Of a stretch of 64,000 nt of DNA, positions 50,291-63,856 are shown piece after piece (the stretch's first letter is position 1; the number at the start of each line of letters is the position of its first letter). The stretch spans positions 744,001 through 808,000 of the forward strand of contig NW_026782155.1 of NCBI RefSeq assembly GCF_031769215.1, written 5' to 3'. Source of the stretch: Ylistrum balloti. Its lineage: Eukaryota. Made by a program: the position numbers and the translations under genes. The notes below the pieces were generated by a model. The model worked only from the letters and a program-made list of their open reading frames with translations, had not been told where the DNA came from and did no database searches.

Positions 50291-51309
50291 TATAAATATG
50301 TATAGAGATAGAGTGTTATTTATTTACTTCGTTATTGCATTTCTTTTTTATTGTGTGTGTTTACGAAAACACATTAACCTGCATTTCTTCATTGTTATGA
50401 TAATCAGTAAAAAAAAATTGACAGCAAAATTGTACTACTTTTTTGATGGGTTCTTTAGTCTCTAGTCATTTTTCAGCAAATTTGCTTTCACCATGCCACA
50501 CTCGCACCATGGTGTTTATGTTAGATCGTTAATTCAAAGTGTCAAATTTAAACCATTTTCAAATTCTAAGCCTTGTCTTGAAGTGTCATCAAGATCAAGT
50601 CAAGCTCATATATACGCTTTGTACGTGCCTGTATGTCTATTCCAACATAGTGAAATTTCGCGAAAAAAAATGTTTACAATAATGTGCTATGTTTTATCTT
50701 AAAGTTTAGTTTAAGTTACGAAAATCTTTCCACTGTTCGTAGCAGCAGGGACGTAGTTAACGTCCCCGGTAGCAGGCTACTTACACGAGTCACTCACAGA
50801 ATAGCCTCTAGAGCAAACGGGTCTCAACGTACGTGTATGTGAACAATATAAAGTATAATGTACATGTACTGAAGGTGGCGTTTTAAACTTTAACTTGTTG
50901 TTAGATACCGGAAAAGAGATGTAAGACTTTCATTGCAATTGACTGATCTTTGAGTTGCACTGATATGCGAAGTGATTTATGTGAAGGCAACCGTTTCAAG
51001 TGCTAAAGTTTCCGGCTTCAAATGGGAAGTAGAACGTGACCTCTGCCAGGTGCGACATTACCGTTCGGTAACCAGCTAGCTGTAAAAGGATCCGATGTAG
51101 AGGGAAAACCAAGTTAATCAGACATGTGAAGGTCTGAAAATTAACAGAACCAGATATATCCTTTCTGCATAAAGATTGTAAAGACCAATTTTAGCGTAGC
51201 GTAGACGAATTGACTACAATACACTAGCTGTTACCATCTTGTGTATTTTTTTTTTGGTCTATAATATGTTTACCATCTCGTCGCACTATTTCGACCTTGG
51301 GGTACATAG

Positions 51310-51440
51310 GGTTATAGTACAGCCGAAATAGTTGGAAAATTCCTGACCATCTCGTACACTATGTACGTCAGCGCTGAAAACTGGTCATTTGTCTGATGAA
51401 GCCGGTGACCGTGTAATCATCGAAATACATACATTACAAA
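51310..51440 (+). mobile_element. Third, more decayed copy of the Penelope-like terminal repeat
   Basis: ttatagtacagccgaaa ... ctggtcatttgtctgatgaagccggtgaccgtgtaatcatcgaaa aligns with the copies at 271-450 and 12945-13135. Confidence 0.6.
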
Positions 51441-52197
51441 CCCGAAAAAATGTTGCAAGACAAACTGAGGCAGGTTGTAATTTATGAAAATGTTATTGCT
51501 TGTAATATAATCTCCATCACATTGTAGCACGACATTTTTGTTCCAGGAAAGGTGTAAGGAACATGAAAATGATACGAGAAAGAGCACAGAGATAAATCAA
51601 TTGTGATTTCCATTCATCATTTTCTAAATTAATTAATTTTACCAGCGTCTCAAGGACATGGTGCATAAGTTTTTCATCTTCTTGTCTTCTTCTTCTTCAT
51701 TTCAAAACATTTACACGGACAAGAATCACCAGTATATATTATAATATAATCGATGTGTAAAACATTTGAAAGTACGACCTCAGGATATAGACAAAAGTCG
51801 TTTGCTTTTGGAGATCTCCGGTTGAGAAACATTCTTCACATGGATTTTCGAAGAGTGTAGGTCCTCTCTTGGGTTAATCCCATCCATCATCGCAATGACT
51901 ACAAATAATTCTAACCTCCTTCCCCTTCATTCCCTTCCCTCTCAATAAGTTGGCTGTAAAACAATATCTTGTTATAGTGATCACAGGGTTTGGTAAGATT
52001 AGAAATTGTGCGATCTTCTTTATGAAGGCTTTGGTCGTCATATGTTGTGCCTGAAAGTTCGATTTTTGTACCAGACTAAAATAAGACCATGTGCATTGGA
52101 CATACCATTTAATGAAAGCAAACATTTATCTTTAAACTTAAATTCCGAGTTTATTACAGGCGGCTGTTTATAACGATTTTCTCAGTTTTAGGCGGAA

Positions 52198-52395
52198 CTG
52201 GAATCTGGTTCACAGGTCTGTTTTTGTTACACGGAACTTGAGCCTGGTTTCCGGTTCTGTTTTTGTTACACGGAACTTGAGTCTGGTTTCCGGTTCCATT
52301 TTTGTTACACGGATCTTGAGTCTGGTTTCCAGTTCTGTTTTGTTACACGGAACTGGAGTCTGGTTTCCGGTTCCGTTTTTGTTACACGGAACTAG
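52198..52395. repeat. 39-bp minisatellite, 5 units
   Basis: gttacacgg at 52226, 52265, 52304, 52342 and 52381. Confidence 0.95.
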
Positions 52396-53555
52396 GAACC
52401 AACTTCAGACTCGTTTAGGTATATCGATATACAGTGTGGTGATATAAGGTACAAGAACACTAAAAGATGAAATATATCTGGCTTTGTTTCTACTCATTTT
52501 CGTTTTAAACTCGCATTTCAAAAGATTCATGAAGACGCCATAAGTCTCCATTCATCCCACAATTGTTCAAGTTCCCATTATTCTATTGAGTTACGTAGTC
52601 GTTGTAGCACGGGTCTTGACTTGGCAGCCTGATATAAGGGTTTGGTCTTAGTGTTAGTTTATTGAGAAAAAAAATCATAAAATACGACTTTGACGTCGAC
52701 ATTAAATGGATATATAAACATTGAATAACTCATTTGTGATGATAATGAGTTATTAACCGAATGAAATACAACGTATTTAAATACATTAAGATATTGAATA
52801 TATATAAAGACTCGACCAATTTTTAATATTAATACAAAATTAGGTAATATGACGTCATATACGTTTAACATATAAATAAACGTGTGTCTACAAAGATCCT
52901 TTAAATTTTATCTGTAATTAGTTTTGATTCAATTGTCATTTGTACATTGTAGGCTATGTGATTCTATATATTTTCACTTTAGTATTTACAAAAACAAAAC
53001 AACAAGCAAGAAAGATAGAAAAAAGAACAGAACGCTGCTTTTGCCTGTTTTGACGTGATTTTATACCACCATCTTCGAAAAATAACGAAATATAGTGCCC
53101 TTCAACTAATGACAACATTTTATAATCTTTGATCATTTATATATGGGAAAAAATCTGTTGAAATATATCCCGTAAGAGTTTCTGATATCCATATCTTCGC
53201 AAGACATTTCACGAAAGTTGTAAATATATATATAGAAATTACTCACAAGAAATCCACGTAAAATACTACAACAAAAATGTACTGGCCCTTATCGATGTAA
53301 TGCTAGCCAGTATACTCTTGCCAGTATTAGTATGTTTTATCACCGAGTTCCATGAATGATATAATTAAAATTTTGGCGTAAATGGTTGCACGGTGTTTGA
53401 ACTGTATAGTAATCCTAAGACGTATGCAAGTCACGCTACATACCACATTCATCCATAAAATATTGATTTTATTGCCATCTTTGTTCATTGTTGCTGCTTT
53501 ACATCACATTTCGTGTTATGATATACATCATGTAGATTGAAATCCCTTATATTTT

Positions 53556-54801
53556 CTATCCTACATTTTTCATTTTATAATATCCCATATTAGATTTCAA
53601 TAAGATAGAAAATTTCCTTTCAGAAATATGTAATAATTTACAATCTGCAATTGTCACTGTAAATGGTTTGTTCCACGTGGTTTCCTCAAATTTTAACACA
53701 TCAGATGTGTCCTTGTTGTATTTTTGTAAAGAAATACAGAATTCGTTATATCTTTTACTTGCTTGTTTAAAATAAGCAAGCTCATCATAAAAGTCTGGAG
53801 GTTGATGTTCAATTTTTTCCTGAAATTTCTTTTTAAAGAAATCGTATAAAGCGTAATCATACTGGGCTATTCGTTTAACAAGCTGTTCTTCTTTAACACC
53901 AAACTGAAAACGTGGAGGAAATCCTCTTCCATTAAGTTTAGCACTGATGATATCTTTCACTTCCCATTTCAGAAGCCTTCTCATTAAGACCATAGACTCG
54001 GCAAAACGCTCTACCAATAAAACGAGATCAAGTTCTTTATCCAATTGTTGGAGATATCTACGAAATTGATATTCGTCGTATTTAGACGAAAGAAGTTTCA
54101 ATGGTGTTCCAAAGTCACGTGACTGTGTGTTAAATACACGGTGATCCGAAGTCGACACGAAACGTTGATTGCCCAGTGCGTCAGTCAGAAATGTACGCAC
54201 AGGGTTATTTCCTGGAATATTCAATACCCTATTCCGTTGGTAATAGTTTACACTGGACGCAAACTGTTTGAACGGTTCTCGTACAATTCCTATGTAAACG
54301 GAGTCATTTGGAAGAAGTTTATCGAATGCTGTTCTGCTGTATGTAGAATGCACACACATTAAGTCATACTTCTTTTGACCTTTTGGTGGCGGGAGAAATT
54401 TTTCACGTACTACCGGCGAGCTCCATAGGAGTCCGGTTGTGAACCTGGGTTGGGCAACAGATAAGTTATGATGATACCCGTAACGGTAAAATATATTTTG
54501 CACGCTAGTACTAGCGGCTTTGTGGACCTTTATAAAAGCCACGTGGTGTATAGGAATGTCTCGACGATTCGTCATTATTAATCCCTGTCGGCTTGAGTTA
54601 TCTTTCTGGGACAAACTGGGATTATAATCCGAAACACGAGGAAAAGTCCCATCGTTTTTTTGTTGCCGATTTTTGTCATGTACGTAGTTTTCACGAAAAC
54701 TGTTTTCTTTAAAAGAAGGCGTAGAATATGTTGGACGCAGAGAATGACTTGAAAGGATGATCAGCGAGAACAGCAACAGGCAGGCCGTAAAGAACGCAGA
54801 C
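53556..54801 (-). CDS. Galactose-3-O-sulfotransferase family (GAL3ST-like) type II Golgi enzyme, main coding exon
   Basis: Acceptor ttttag at 54802-54803, then a signal anchor (SAFFTACLLLFSLIIL). PAPS-binding motifs FIKVHKAASTSVQNIFYRYG and GIVREPFKQFASSVNY; LDLVLLVERFAESMVLMRRLLKW; YDYALYDFF. Stop at 53556-53558. Confidence 0.92.
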
Positions 54802-55440
54802 CTAAAATATATATAAAAGAAAAAAGATAGGAGAATTATACCCGTAAATTATTTTGTAAGTTACTGCATAATATGGGTCATATATCACTTCAATAAAATA
54901 ATACATTTCATTAGCATGGAAATGAGTCATATGATATTATACTGTTTAGTTGGTATTATTCGCGGGACTCTTAGTTTCGCTATTTTTTCGGACATTAAAG
55001 ATTGCCCAAAATTAAACACACAAGAAACGTTTTTACATTTAATCAAAATTTTGTAATTTTTTTCATCCTTTTAGCCCCACGAAGTAACATTCGCAGTTTC
55101 TGCATCACACGTTCGTAAATGAATTGTAATAAGACAGACTATAAACAATAAGTATTACATAGCGTTTATGTTAATTCGTTGAGATATTTATTTCGAATTG
55201 ATTTCGATTGCAATCTTTGCAACATAGATTATTGAAAAAGAGAGAGATTTTTTTTTCGTATATATCCCTGAAAAACACACATTAAACCGGTATATTTGAT
55301 ACAATCTCCAACTCCTCTATAATTATTGTCTATGCCTTTGTTAATACATGTATAGCATATCTAAGGAAAGAACTGTAACTACTTTAAACATATACAAATC
55401 TAGGGATGTTGATTTAAAGTCTAGAATTACATAAACATAC

Positions 55441-55466
55441 ATACAGGATCGTACATGAGTTTTCAT
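55441..55466 (-). CDS. Candidate first coding exon of the GAL3ST-like gene (MKTHVRSC-M)
   Basis: ATG at 55466, 1 nt after a tag acceptor. Ends in phase 2 at AT|gtatgt, which matches the phase needed by the main exon and gives a short basic cytosolic tail. No independent support. Confidence 0.45.
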
Positions 55467-56968
55467 TCTATAAGTTTGAATGTTATAAACAGGGATTGCC
55501 ACCTGAGTCGGATTAAAATAATGCATATGCTTTTTATTCCTTTTGTATGTTTATATACCGGTGTTGTGTTGATATACTCCCGCCCACCCCTCTCTCTCTC
55601 TTCCACCATATACCTTATTTGTGCCATGTTTTATATACCTGTCCATCTTGTTGATATTGCTCAATATTATTGACTAAGGGGTTAATACAATTTTGATATC
55701 TTGTATCCAATCCCTTGTATACATTTTATACAAATATGTTTTTTAACAAGCCTTGGAGAGCAAACCTTAAAACGAGTTTCATGACATGTGATACGAAATC
55801 AAAACTAATTGAAGATACTATTTATCACATAACTCAGAAAACGTATATTTAGACAGGTTTAAAGTTCCGTATATGGAAGACAATATCAAACAGAGGCGGC
55901 CATTTTGTTATGTCATGTTTCATTCATAGTTCATAACGTAACATCAGAAGAGAAGAAAAATACCGATGTTCCACGTATAATACTAAGTGACAATACATAC
56001 CAGTAGAACCATTTGTTTATCTCCATTATGTTAAGGGAAAGGTTGTTCTTCTTCAATATTCATCAGAAATAACACGAAATTTGTCTGGAAAAGTCTCCAA
56101 GACTAATTGTTGTGGTCAACATCATCATCGTGATCATGTCCTCTATAAGAAGTACACGTATCACACAACTCGCCTCATGTCTAATGCTTTTAGGGAGGTA
56201 TTGTACACGTGTAGCACATTGGTTAAGACGATAACGTTTCTGTCCATACTGAACAGTCGATTACTTTTATAGATAACTGTCCATTAATGTATAATAAAAA
56301 AGGTGCCGGAGGCTATTAACTCCAAATGTATGTGGTCGTTACGTGTGCTATACTCAATACTGTGTCCCAACATGCTTAAATTACGAACACTACCTAAAGT
56401 TAAATTATTTTCCCTTTTTTTAATCAATAAGGGTGAAATAATGTTAAATAATATACACTGTTTTAGTTAATATGAATACGTGATATGGTAATTACCTAAC
56501 TTATTCACAAATGTATGATAAACGTTTGTAATCTGGGTAGGGATATAAATAAATATAACATTTCGAAGTAAAATATGAAAATATCAACTAAGGAAACATA
56601 ATTCTATTGACAATCGGTAAACACAGAATAATTTGTGTGTGATGTTTCGAACTCAGTACTGTCATCTTTATCTGTCCACGTATATAGTGTACGAGATTGT
56701 AATATCACTCTCATAATAAATAAAAAAAATAATGTAAACGGCATTCAACTATAAATATTGTCGATATTGTAATGCAGAATTGACGAACTGAGAAAAATTC
56801 AAGGAAAATCACATCTTAATTTTTTTACTTAAAACAACTTCACGACAATAAAATAGTTAACTTCTTGTCTGTCCTCTCCGTTTTCAATTAGGGAGATGTT
56901 TGCACTTTGTCTGGATACGTAAGGCCGATGTATCACTGACAACAGCCGCAAAGATGAAACAATAAGAC

Positions 56969-57048
56969 CCCATTGCGCGCTTACATCCGGGCTGACAAGA
57001 GTGATTATTATAAGGTGAAAAAACTTGTTTCGCAATTGTTGTAAAATA
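56969..57048 (-). repeat. About 80-bp dispersed CpG-rich repeat, copy 2 (upstream of GAL3ST-like)
   Basis: Minus strand tattttacaacaattgcgaaacaagt...taatcactcttgtcagcccggatgtaagcgcgcaatgg matches 21905-21983. Confidence 0.65.
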
Positions 57049-59994
57049 AATAAAATTTATAGTTTATAAAGATGAAACAGTTGTATGATGCAATTTAATA
57101 AATTATTTTGCGTATACCCGTGTGTCCTGTGTGAGCTGAATATATTTATCGTTTGAAATGAGACAGATTTTTAGTGATGTTTTGTTTACGTTGGTAATTT
57201 GGATACAATTTTTACTCTTAGATATTTTTTTTTTACCTCTGGTATAGCAGATACGCACATACTTTTTCATCGAGGCAATTGGTAAGCAATGAAATGAGAC
57301 CACAATCAGTTGTTTGAATTACTTTGTCTTATTTTATTTCATTTAAGATTATTGTACGTGTGTATTCAAAATGGTTATCACAAAACAAAATACTTTCATA
57401 TATAAAAATACACATTTATCTTTAAAGAAGTTTTCGTATAAGTACAGGCTTTGTAACCTAATAATCTTTCATTGTTGAGTGTCGAGATGATCCCCTCATC
57501 ACACCACCAAAGGGGAGGATGACCATTTTGTTCTTACCCTGCTAACTTCCTCAGGGACATGTTGTGTGCATTGTTATGAAAAGGGAACCTCGCGCCAGCA
57601 AAAGCGTGGACAAACCTGTAAAAGCTTGGACAAACCGATCCAGAGTAGGCAAATAATATCCTAACATGATGTCATTTGCCGAATAATGTGCTGGGCAATT
57701 ATGTGCTCAGAATATTGCATCGTTAATAGGCTTTCTCTTCTTTTAAAATTTATTATCACATATCAGTGGTATTTTGTAGTGATCACATATACTGTATGTG
57801 GGGAAACTTTTACACGAGTTTTATTCCAAACTCGTATAACTGGTATTTCGCAAAAGGTTAAAAACAAAGTGTGGTGTTTATAAACATTAAATGGCATTAC
57901 AGCGAAATTCTATTCAATATGTTGTTATAATTGCTTGTATTTTACATACCAGATACCAGAACATGTAAACTTTTCTCATAATTTCTCTTCTGCTGTAATT
58001 GAGTAGAATTCAGATGGTCTCAATTCCGAAAAATGACGAGGGCAAAAAATACCTATGTTAACACCAAATGATATCCACAGATACAGGAAAAATACAAGAT
58101 TTTCAAAAGATTCTATCATAAAGAACAACTTTCATTCCAGAAAAGTAATGCATCAAAATATCAACCTTTTAAAAAACAAATTACATACTTTTGTCATTTA
58201 CAAAATACGTACATTTTGTACATGTATAGTGCAACAGAAGAGAAAACCCCTTTATTTTCAAACGCATGCGACATACTCCTTAAAAGAGAACGCAGTGCAC
58301 CACTGACATTTGAACAGAACATGCATAAGATATTCAAAAACACATACCACAAATATAATCAAATTACCATGCACATAGCATAAGAGATTTACATGTACAT
58401 ACTCCTATTCCGGGAACAATTCGAATTCGAAGGAACAATTACACACGTGTTCACTATTGTCAGTCTATCTACAAAATTCTACAACTATGCGTCTGCTCAG
58501 CAGTTTTTTTCCCAGTTATAGTATTTTCCATCGCATAAACACTATAGCTGAATTTATTTATCTCATAGCAATTCCCAATCGATAAACAATTGTAGACAAC
58601 ATATAAATAAAGCAAGGTAATCTGGAAGAGAGAGCGTCATATCATTTTAACGTCAAGTAAAATGAAAATATATATTGCAAGTACTTATACCGACTAAAAA
58701 CTTCCTGGAGTTTTTATACAAATATAACTGAAAACATTCATAAAAAAAATATCGACTTGGCTACTGTTTCTATTTATCAACCTAAACCCCGTAACATTTG
58801 ATGGTGTTCACGGATATTGGGGTCACTGACAGACGTAAATGCAGTGTTGTTACATTGAAATGTCATAAAACCTTGAAACAGCAGCGAGACGACACTCCAC
58901 CCGGTCACATTACATAACAAACGCAATAACCAGGCTGTATACTTTTATATCTCATTCAATGCAGATTTCTCAAATTGTTCTGGAAATTCTACTTAATATT
59001 GAGTCGGTAATGTAAACGAGTCCGACGCATTTGCAGCTTACGACATCAGACGTAATGTACACTGACGATGTCTTCAGTGATAAAGACTGTAAAACACATT
59101 TAATGTGAAAAACAACTTGACATTGTACACTGTTTATAACAGCTTTAAGCTTTAAGTGTATAAATATCGAAAACACATATTTTAACATCACCATTTTCCT
59201 GTCCACGCCCAATTCATAACACAACCTCATTTGTCATCTTCAGTTTACCTACTCTAACACGTTTCCTCATGGTAATGGCAGCGAGTCCACTATTTGAAAT
59301 CATTCCAACCGAAACAGTAACGTCTGATGGTTGTTCTTGGGTTTTCTAGCACCATTTGGCAACCCCTCGCTTTGAAGCCGATTCAAGAACATTGAAGATA
59401 CTTTTATCAACCATTCTTTTATAAATTCATACAGTTTTGATTACATCTTCCCAGACTCAGTGATATATAGATACGGTTTCATAAATCACATATTTCACAT
59501 ATATTGCCTGGAAAAATATTAAAACAATCGATTAAACAAATGCCTTACTTACAAGTATCTCTTGGTGGTCTGAAAAAAAAATAGTTGGACTTGTGTTACA
59601 ATATAGCCTTGAAATTAGTAAGGCTCAAAGCCTTGGTTATATAGTTATTCCAAAAAGTCACAAGTGAATTATTTGAGAGTGAAAGTGTGTCAAAAGTAAT
59701 AACCGAAAGAGTGCTATTTCAAAATATGATTGATGTCAAAATTACATTTGCAAACTAAATGATTATTTAGAAGATGCTGTTTGTATGAAATTTGACTTTA
59801 ACGGACGGACGGACGGACAATACGCCTTTGAAAATGCAAACGGTTACATTACGTAGAACAAGCAGCAAAATGGCAGTCAATATTTTCAAACAAACTTAAC
59901 TGAAGCACATTTGTAGGCAAAGAACGTATATTGGAATAGAGATTAATATCAGATACAAATTAATTGCAGTTTTTAGAACTATTTTCAGACAACA

Positions 59995-61182
59995 TCATGA
60001 GGTGTTCATTGTTAATATTTCATTTTGATCTATCACAGGAGTCGTACTTTCACTGTAATCTATTCCGGGGGTCAGTTTAGAGAAGTCTTTAGCTAAAGAC
60101 TTGATGGACATGATGGCCTGCCTAGTTGACATGGCTTTAATGTGTTCGGTTCCGGGAAGACCATGACTTTTGGCATCCTGGGCAAGCAAAATCTGTACTT
60201 TGGCATCAATATTGTGACATTCTTCGTTGCATTCTCGGATTCTGTCTATTTTAGCTTTTTCGTAGTCCTGAAGAAAAAAAATTAGCTTGATATCATCTGA
60301 TAATGATGTTGTTTTATCCATTCCTATTACAGACTGTTTCTATAAACACTACATACTTTACAAATGATGATATGTAAACTAATACCAATCCGAGATCCGA
60401 ATTGTTGGCCAGGATCGAAGGAGTCCTGTATTTTAAACTGAAAAAGAGCTACTCAAGACAACTGTTAATCAGACAAAATATATTGATTTACAACCAGTTA
60501 ACCCCACTAAAGTTCTTGACAACCATGAGAAGTAAAATTGTTAGCAATACATGTCTTTCGTCCAAAAAACGGCCCATGATCTCCACTGGGTTCTATTGTA
60601 GTCTGAGGTATATGGGACCATAAGCACGTGTATCTAGAATCACGAGTAAAATATCCAGAATGAACTTTCCATATTTATTCCAAGTGCTTGTGGCAGTACG
60701 GAAGATCCAGTCAAATTCCTCTATAACAAATTTGGCAGACTGCAAACAATTCTATTGGACATGATGTCGTATTCACACCATAACAAACCAGTTAGCTGAG
60801 AAATCTTAAGCGTTTTCCTTCTAGAGCAGTGTCTTGAATATGATCATCGCCAGTGGACTTTTAAATAACTCCCCAGATTGACATGCATGGATTTGCTTAT
60901 GTATCATGGAAAAATTATTCACAGTCACATATGTTGTACGGCAATTGCAGTAAGACAAAAAATGTTAAGCACGTATGCTAAGTAAGTACATACTTTCCTC
61001 CTTTGCTCAGCGTCAAGCTGTTTCTTGTCAAGATCATCCTTTGAAAGTTTGCTGCTCGAGTGGTTTTGCTCCGACATGTACTTAACTAGCCGCTGTGGGA
61101 CTTTGCTTGACCGGGGTCGTGTTTGAAAGTCGACAGTGAATGCTGCACAGTTATCAGTCTCTTTCATCTCGGGTTCTTCCAT
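59995..61182 (-). CDS. Short stathmin-domain protein (STMND1-like), about 153 aa, 2 coding exons
   Basis: Exons 61182-60994 and 60267-59995, joined by a phase-0 GT-AG intron. AAFTVDF...SKVPQRL...KLSKDDLDKKQLDAEQRRK resembles the stathmin AFELIL...LSLEEIQKKLEAAEERRK signature. Probable 5'UTR exon ends at 61858 (cag|gtaaga). Confidence 0.65.
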
Positions 61183-63834
61183 GCTATATCAAAACAGAGC
61201 GATTAAAGAGATCAGTTCACAATCAAAAGATATTGTTGTAAATTTATAAATTCTTGTGTTATATCAGAAAAGTCAATAGGTAAGCGTATCCTTCTAGCGG
61301 ATATTCCGCAACAGAAATATTCATCAATATTCAGGCCATCTTACTGGAGCTGAGAATCATACTGTATATTAAGGAAGACCGTTAAAGGACAAGTACAATC
61401 TCATAGAATATAAAATGTGTTGCGGTGTTATTGTCACTTACCAGTTTATATTATGTTAAGAAAACCCGTACTGTTCAGGAACACTCATCTCATTGTTCTT
61501 TTTTCAATTGTGTTTTTTTTTTATGTGTTATTGTAACAATTGGTTCCCTAATCCTGTTAGCTGTATCATTTATCAATTTAGGGTGTCGGCGCCTGATTTC
61601 AATTATGCAGAGGCTTTTGTCATCGCCATCATTACATTTAAACAAATATTCTTTGCATTTTATATCGACAACTGATCATGTTTAGGTAGGAATGGTATAA
61701 AATTATTTCAATAAAAAGTAACTGTCTTTTGACCAGTCGGTGTTAGCCTTAAAATTGTTCGTTTTTTTTTCAAAATTACAAAACATGTTGGAATCAGTGT
61801 ATAAACTAATGGGACGCGGTAGGGCAGCCATTATAGTGGCGAAGTGGACACTCTTACCTGACGATACTGGAGGATCAAGACGTCGAGAAACTTTAGACAG
61901 ATGTCGCAGACTCGGAAATGAAATCAAGACCTCTTTTACGTTGTTGTATATATTATAGTTTATCAGTTAAATGGTCCTGGTTGTTGATGAAGCTATATAT
62001 GAACCAACCAAGAACAAATGAGCGTGCAATTCTTTTGAAACAACAACGAAAATACCGATATATAAACAGAATCATAACGCAAACAAAAATTCGATGAAAA
62101 TATGACAAAATCTGAATAAAAGAAAGATTTACACAGAGAATCCTTAAAAAAGTATAAGAAGAAGAATACCGACTGTCCCAGTATGGTACGCATCATTGAC
62201 GAAACCCGCCATGTAAATCTCGGTTAATCCAGATAAGTACTGTCATGTTCTCAAAGGGGAAAAATATGGTAAACAACATCGGGACCAACAGATATTTTAT
62301 CGGCATCAAACATGTCCAGCATCAGATTGCACTAGGAATAAGAATATTTATTTATAAGGGTCATTATGATGTCCGTAAAACCTCCCCATAATCTTCAATC
62401 TGCATTTACGGCGAAACCTTGAGGTTTGAATTCGTCTGTCATATGATCAGTTGTCGATATTGTGTGGCAATGCCTAGAATATCGAATCAACCACACGCAT
62501 TTTATACACTGTAATTAGCATTGTGTAAAAGCACAAGCAATATAAGATATGCGTGGTCTTCTTCAGTCAATAGTTCTTTTGATGCCAATATTTGGTTATA
62601 TATAATTATTCACACTAATAAAGGACGTCAAATTGAGGTTCCGAATTAGCGAAATATTTTTGGGGGGAATCTTACATTCGTTTGAATTTCATGTGCATTT
62701 TTTAAAACTCGTCACGATTTGCTTTTTTCCATTTCAACTAGAGGTTCGGTAAAATGAAAAAAAAAAGATACTTTTTGATTTTTCGTAAATCTTACAAGAA
62801 TTAGAAACTCTAATTCAATAACCTTATTACGGTAATTTTCACAATAAGTCAAATAAAAGGCCTAATGAAGGTGTTTGGTTTGGAGGCTATAATATATTTT
62901 TTGCACTTATAAAAAATCTCCATCTGAACAATCTTCATGAGACTTTGGAGTTATTCCAACAGCATGGATACTGTTTAAGGAACAGTTTTTTTTCTCCAGA
63001 CAGAGCTTGATAAAGCTTTCATCTAAGGATGCAGCAAAGACGACTAGTCATTTCAACCTGTTTTTGTACATCGGTATCCGTAACTATATATATAACGGAA
63101 TTCATAGTTTCAATTTACTGGGTCCAGAGCTCTATTGATATAAAAAAAGTTTCAAGGAAATAATATGAAGAAGAAAAAAACGAAGTTATTGATTTATTTT
63201 ACCATCACTTTTCACGGTCGATTGATAAAACTGGAATCACGTGATATTATTTTTTGTATGATATACATATACAGTTGACCTTTATATGAAGGAATATGCA
63301 GTAAAACTGTGCCTGGTACTCGAGTATAAGGGGAAATAACTCTGCAACATGTTACCGAATGTTTGAAGGTGACAATGGTAATAATAGCTAAATATAAGGG
63401 ATTTGCATCGTACCACAGATCAATAAAACAGTTATTTTTTTTTAAGTTTAGTTCACTGCGAATAACAATAATCATAAAAAAATCTCAATCGAGGTAACTT
63501 AGAAATGTGGTGTTCCTAAGCCAATAGGTCTGCTAGGATGTCGTTTGTTGCACTAGTTTTATATTCTGTACTTGTTATTCATTAATTCACTCTACCGGCC
63601 CGGGTTATGTGCCCCTGTCAAATGCATTCTGTTACGTCTGTAGATGATTCACATTGATGAGATTTTAGACCATTGCCAAAAAAAAATAGGATTTCTTAAC
63701 ACCGCTCACAAATACTGAAAAAGCATGTGCTTTGAGAAGCCCAGTTACCTGTTCTTCTAAATGTGGATGTCGATCAACCGATACCTAACGACAACTTTCA
63801 ACTATTTTGTTTACAGATGTCGCCACTCACTCCA

Positions 63835-63856
63835 ACTTCCGTTTATAAACTTCCGG
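63835..63856. promoter_or_regulatory. Paired ETS-like motifs (ACTTCCG x2), possible housekeeping promoter at window end
   Basis: acttccgtttataaacttccgg in a locally CpG-richer patch. No gene could be tied to it within the window. Confidence 0.25.

Noticed and set aside
24350-52395. Regularly spaced repeats (28, 39, 43 and 59 bp) that superficially resemble CRISPR arrays
   Set aside because: Units are head-to-tail with no unique spacers, there are no cas genes, and the context is spliceosomal introns or intergenic DNA of an animal genome.
52238-52447. ORF of repeated SLVSGSVFVTRNL
   Set aside because: Follows from the 39-bp period. A 38-bp unit breaks the frame, and there is no ATG or splice support.
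59220-59420. Coding-looking stretch on the minus strand downstream of the stathmin-like stop
   Set aside because: Interrupted by TAG, no recognisable homology, and plausibly 3'UTR or intergenic.
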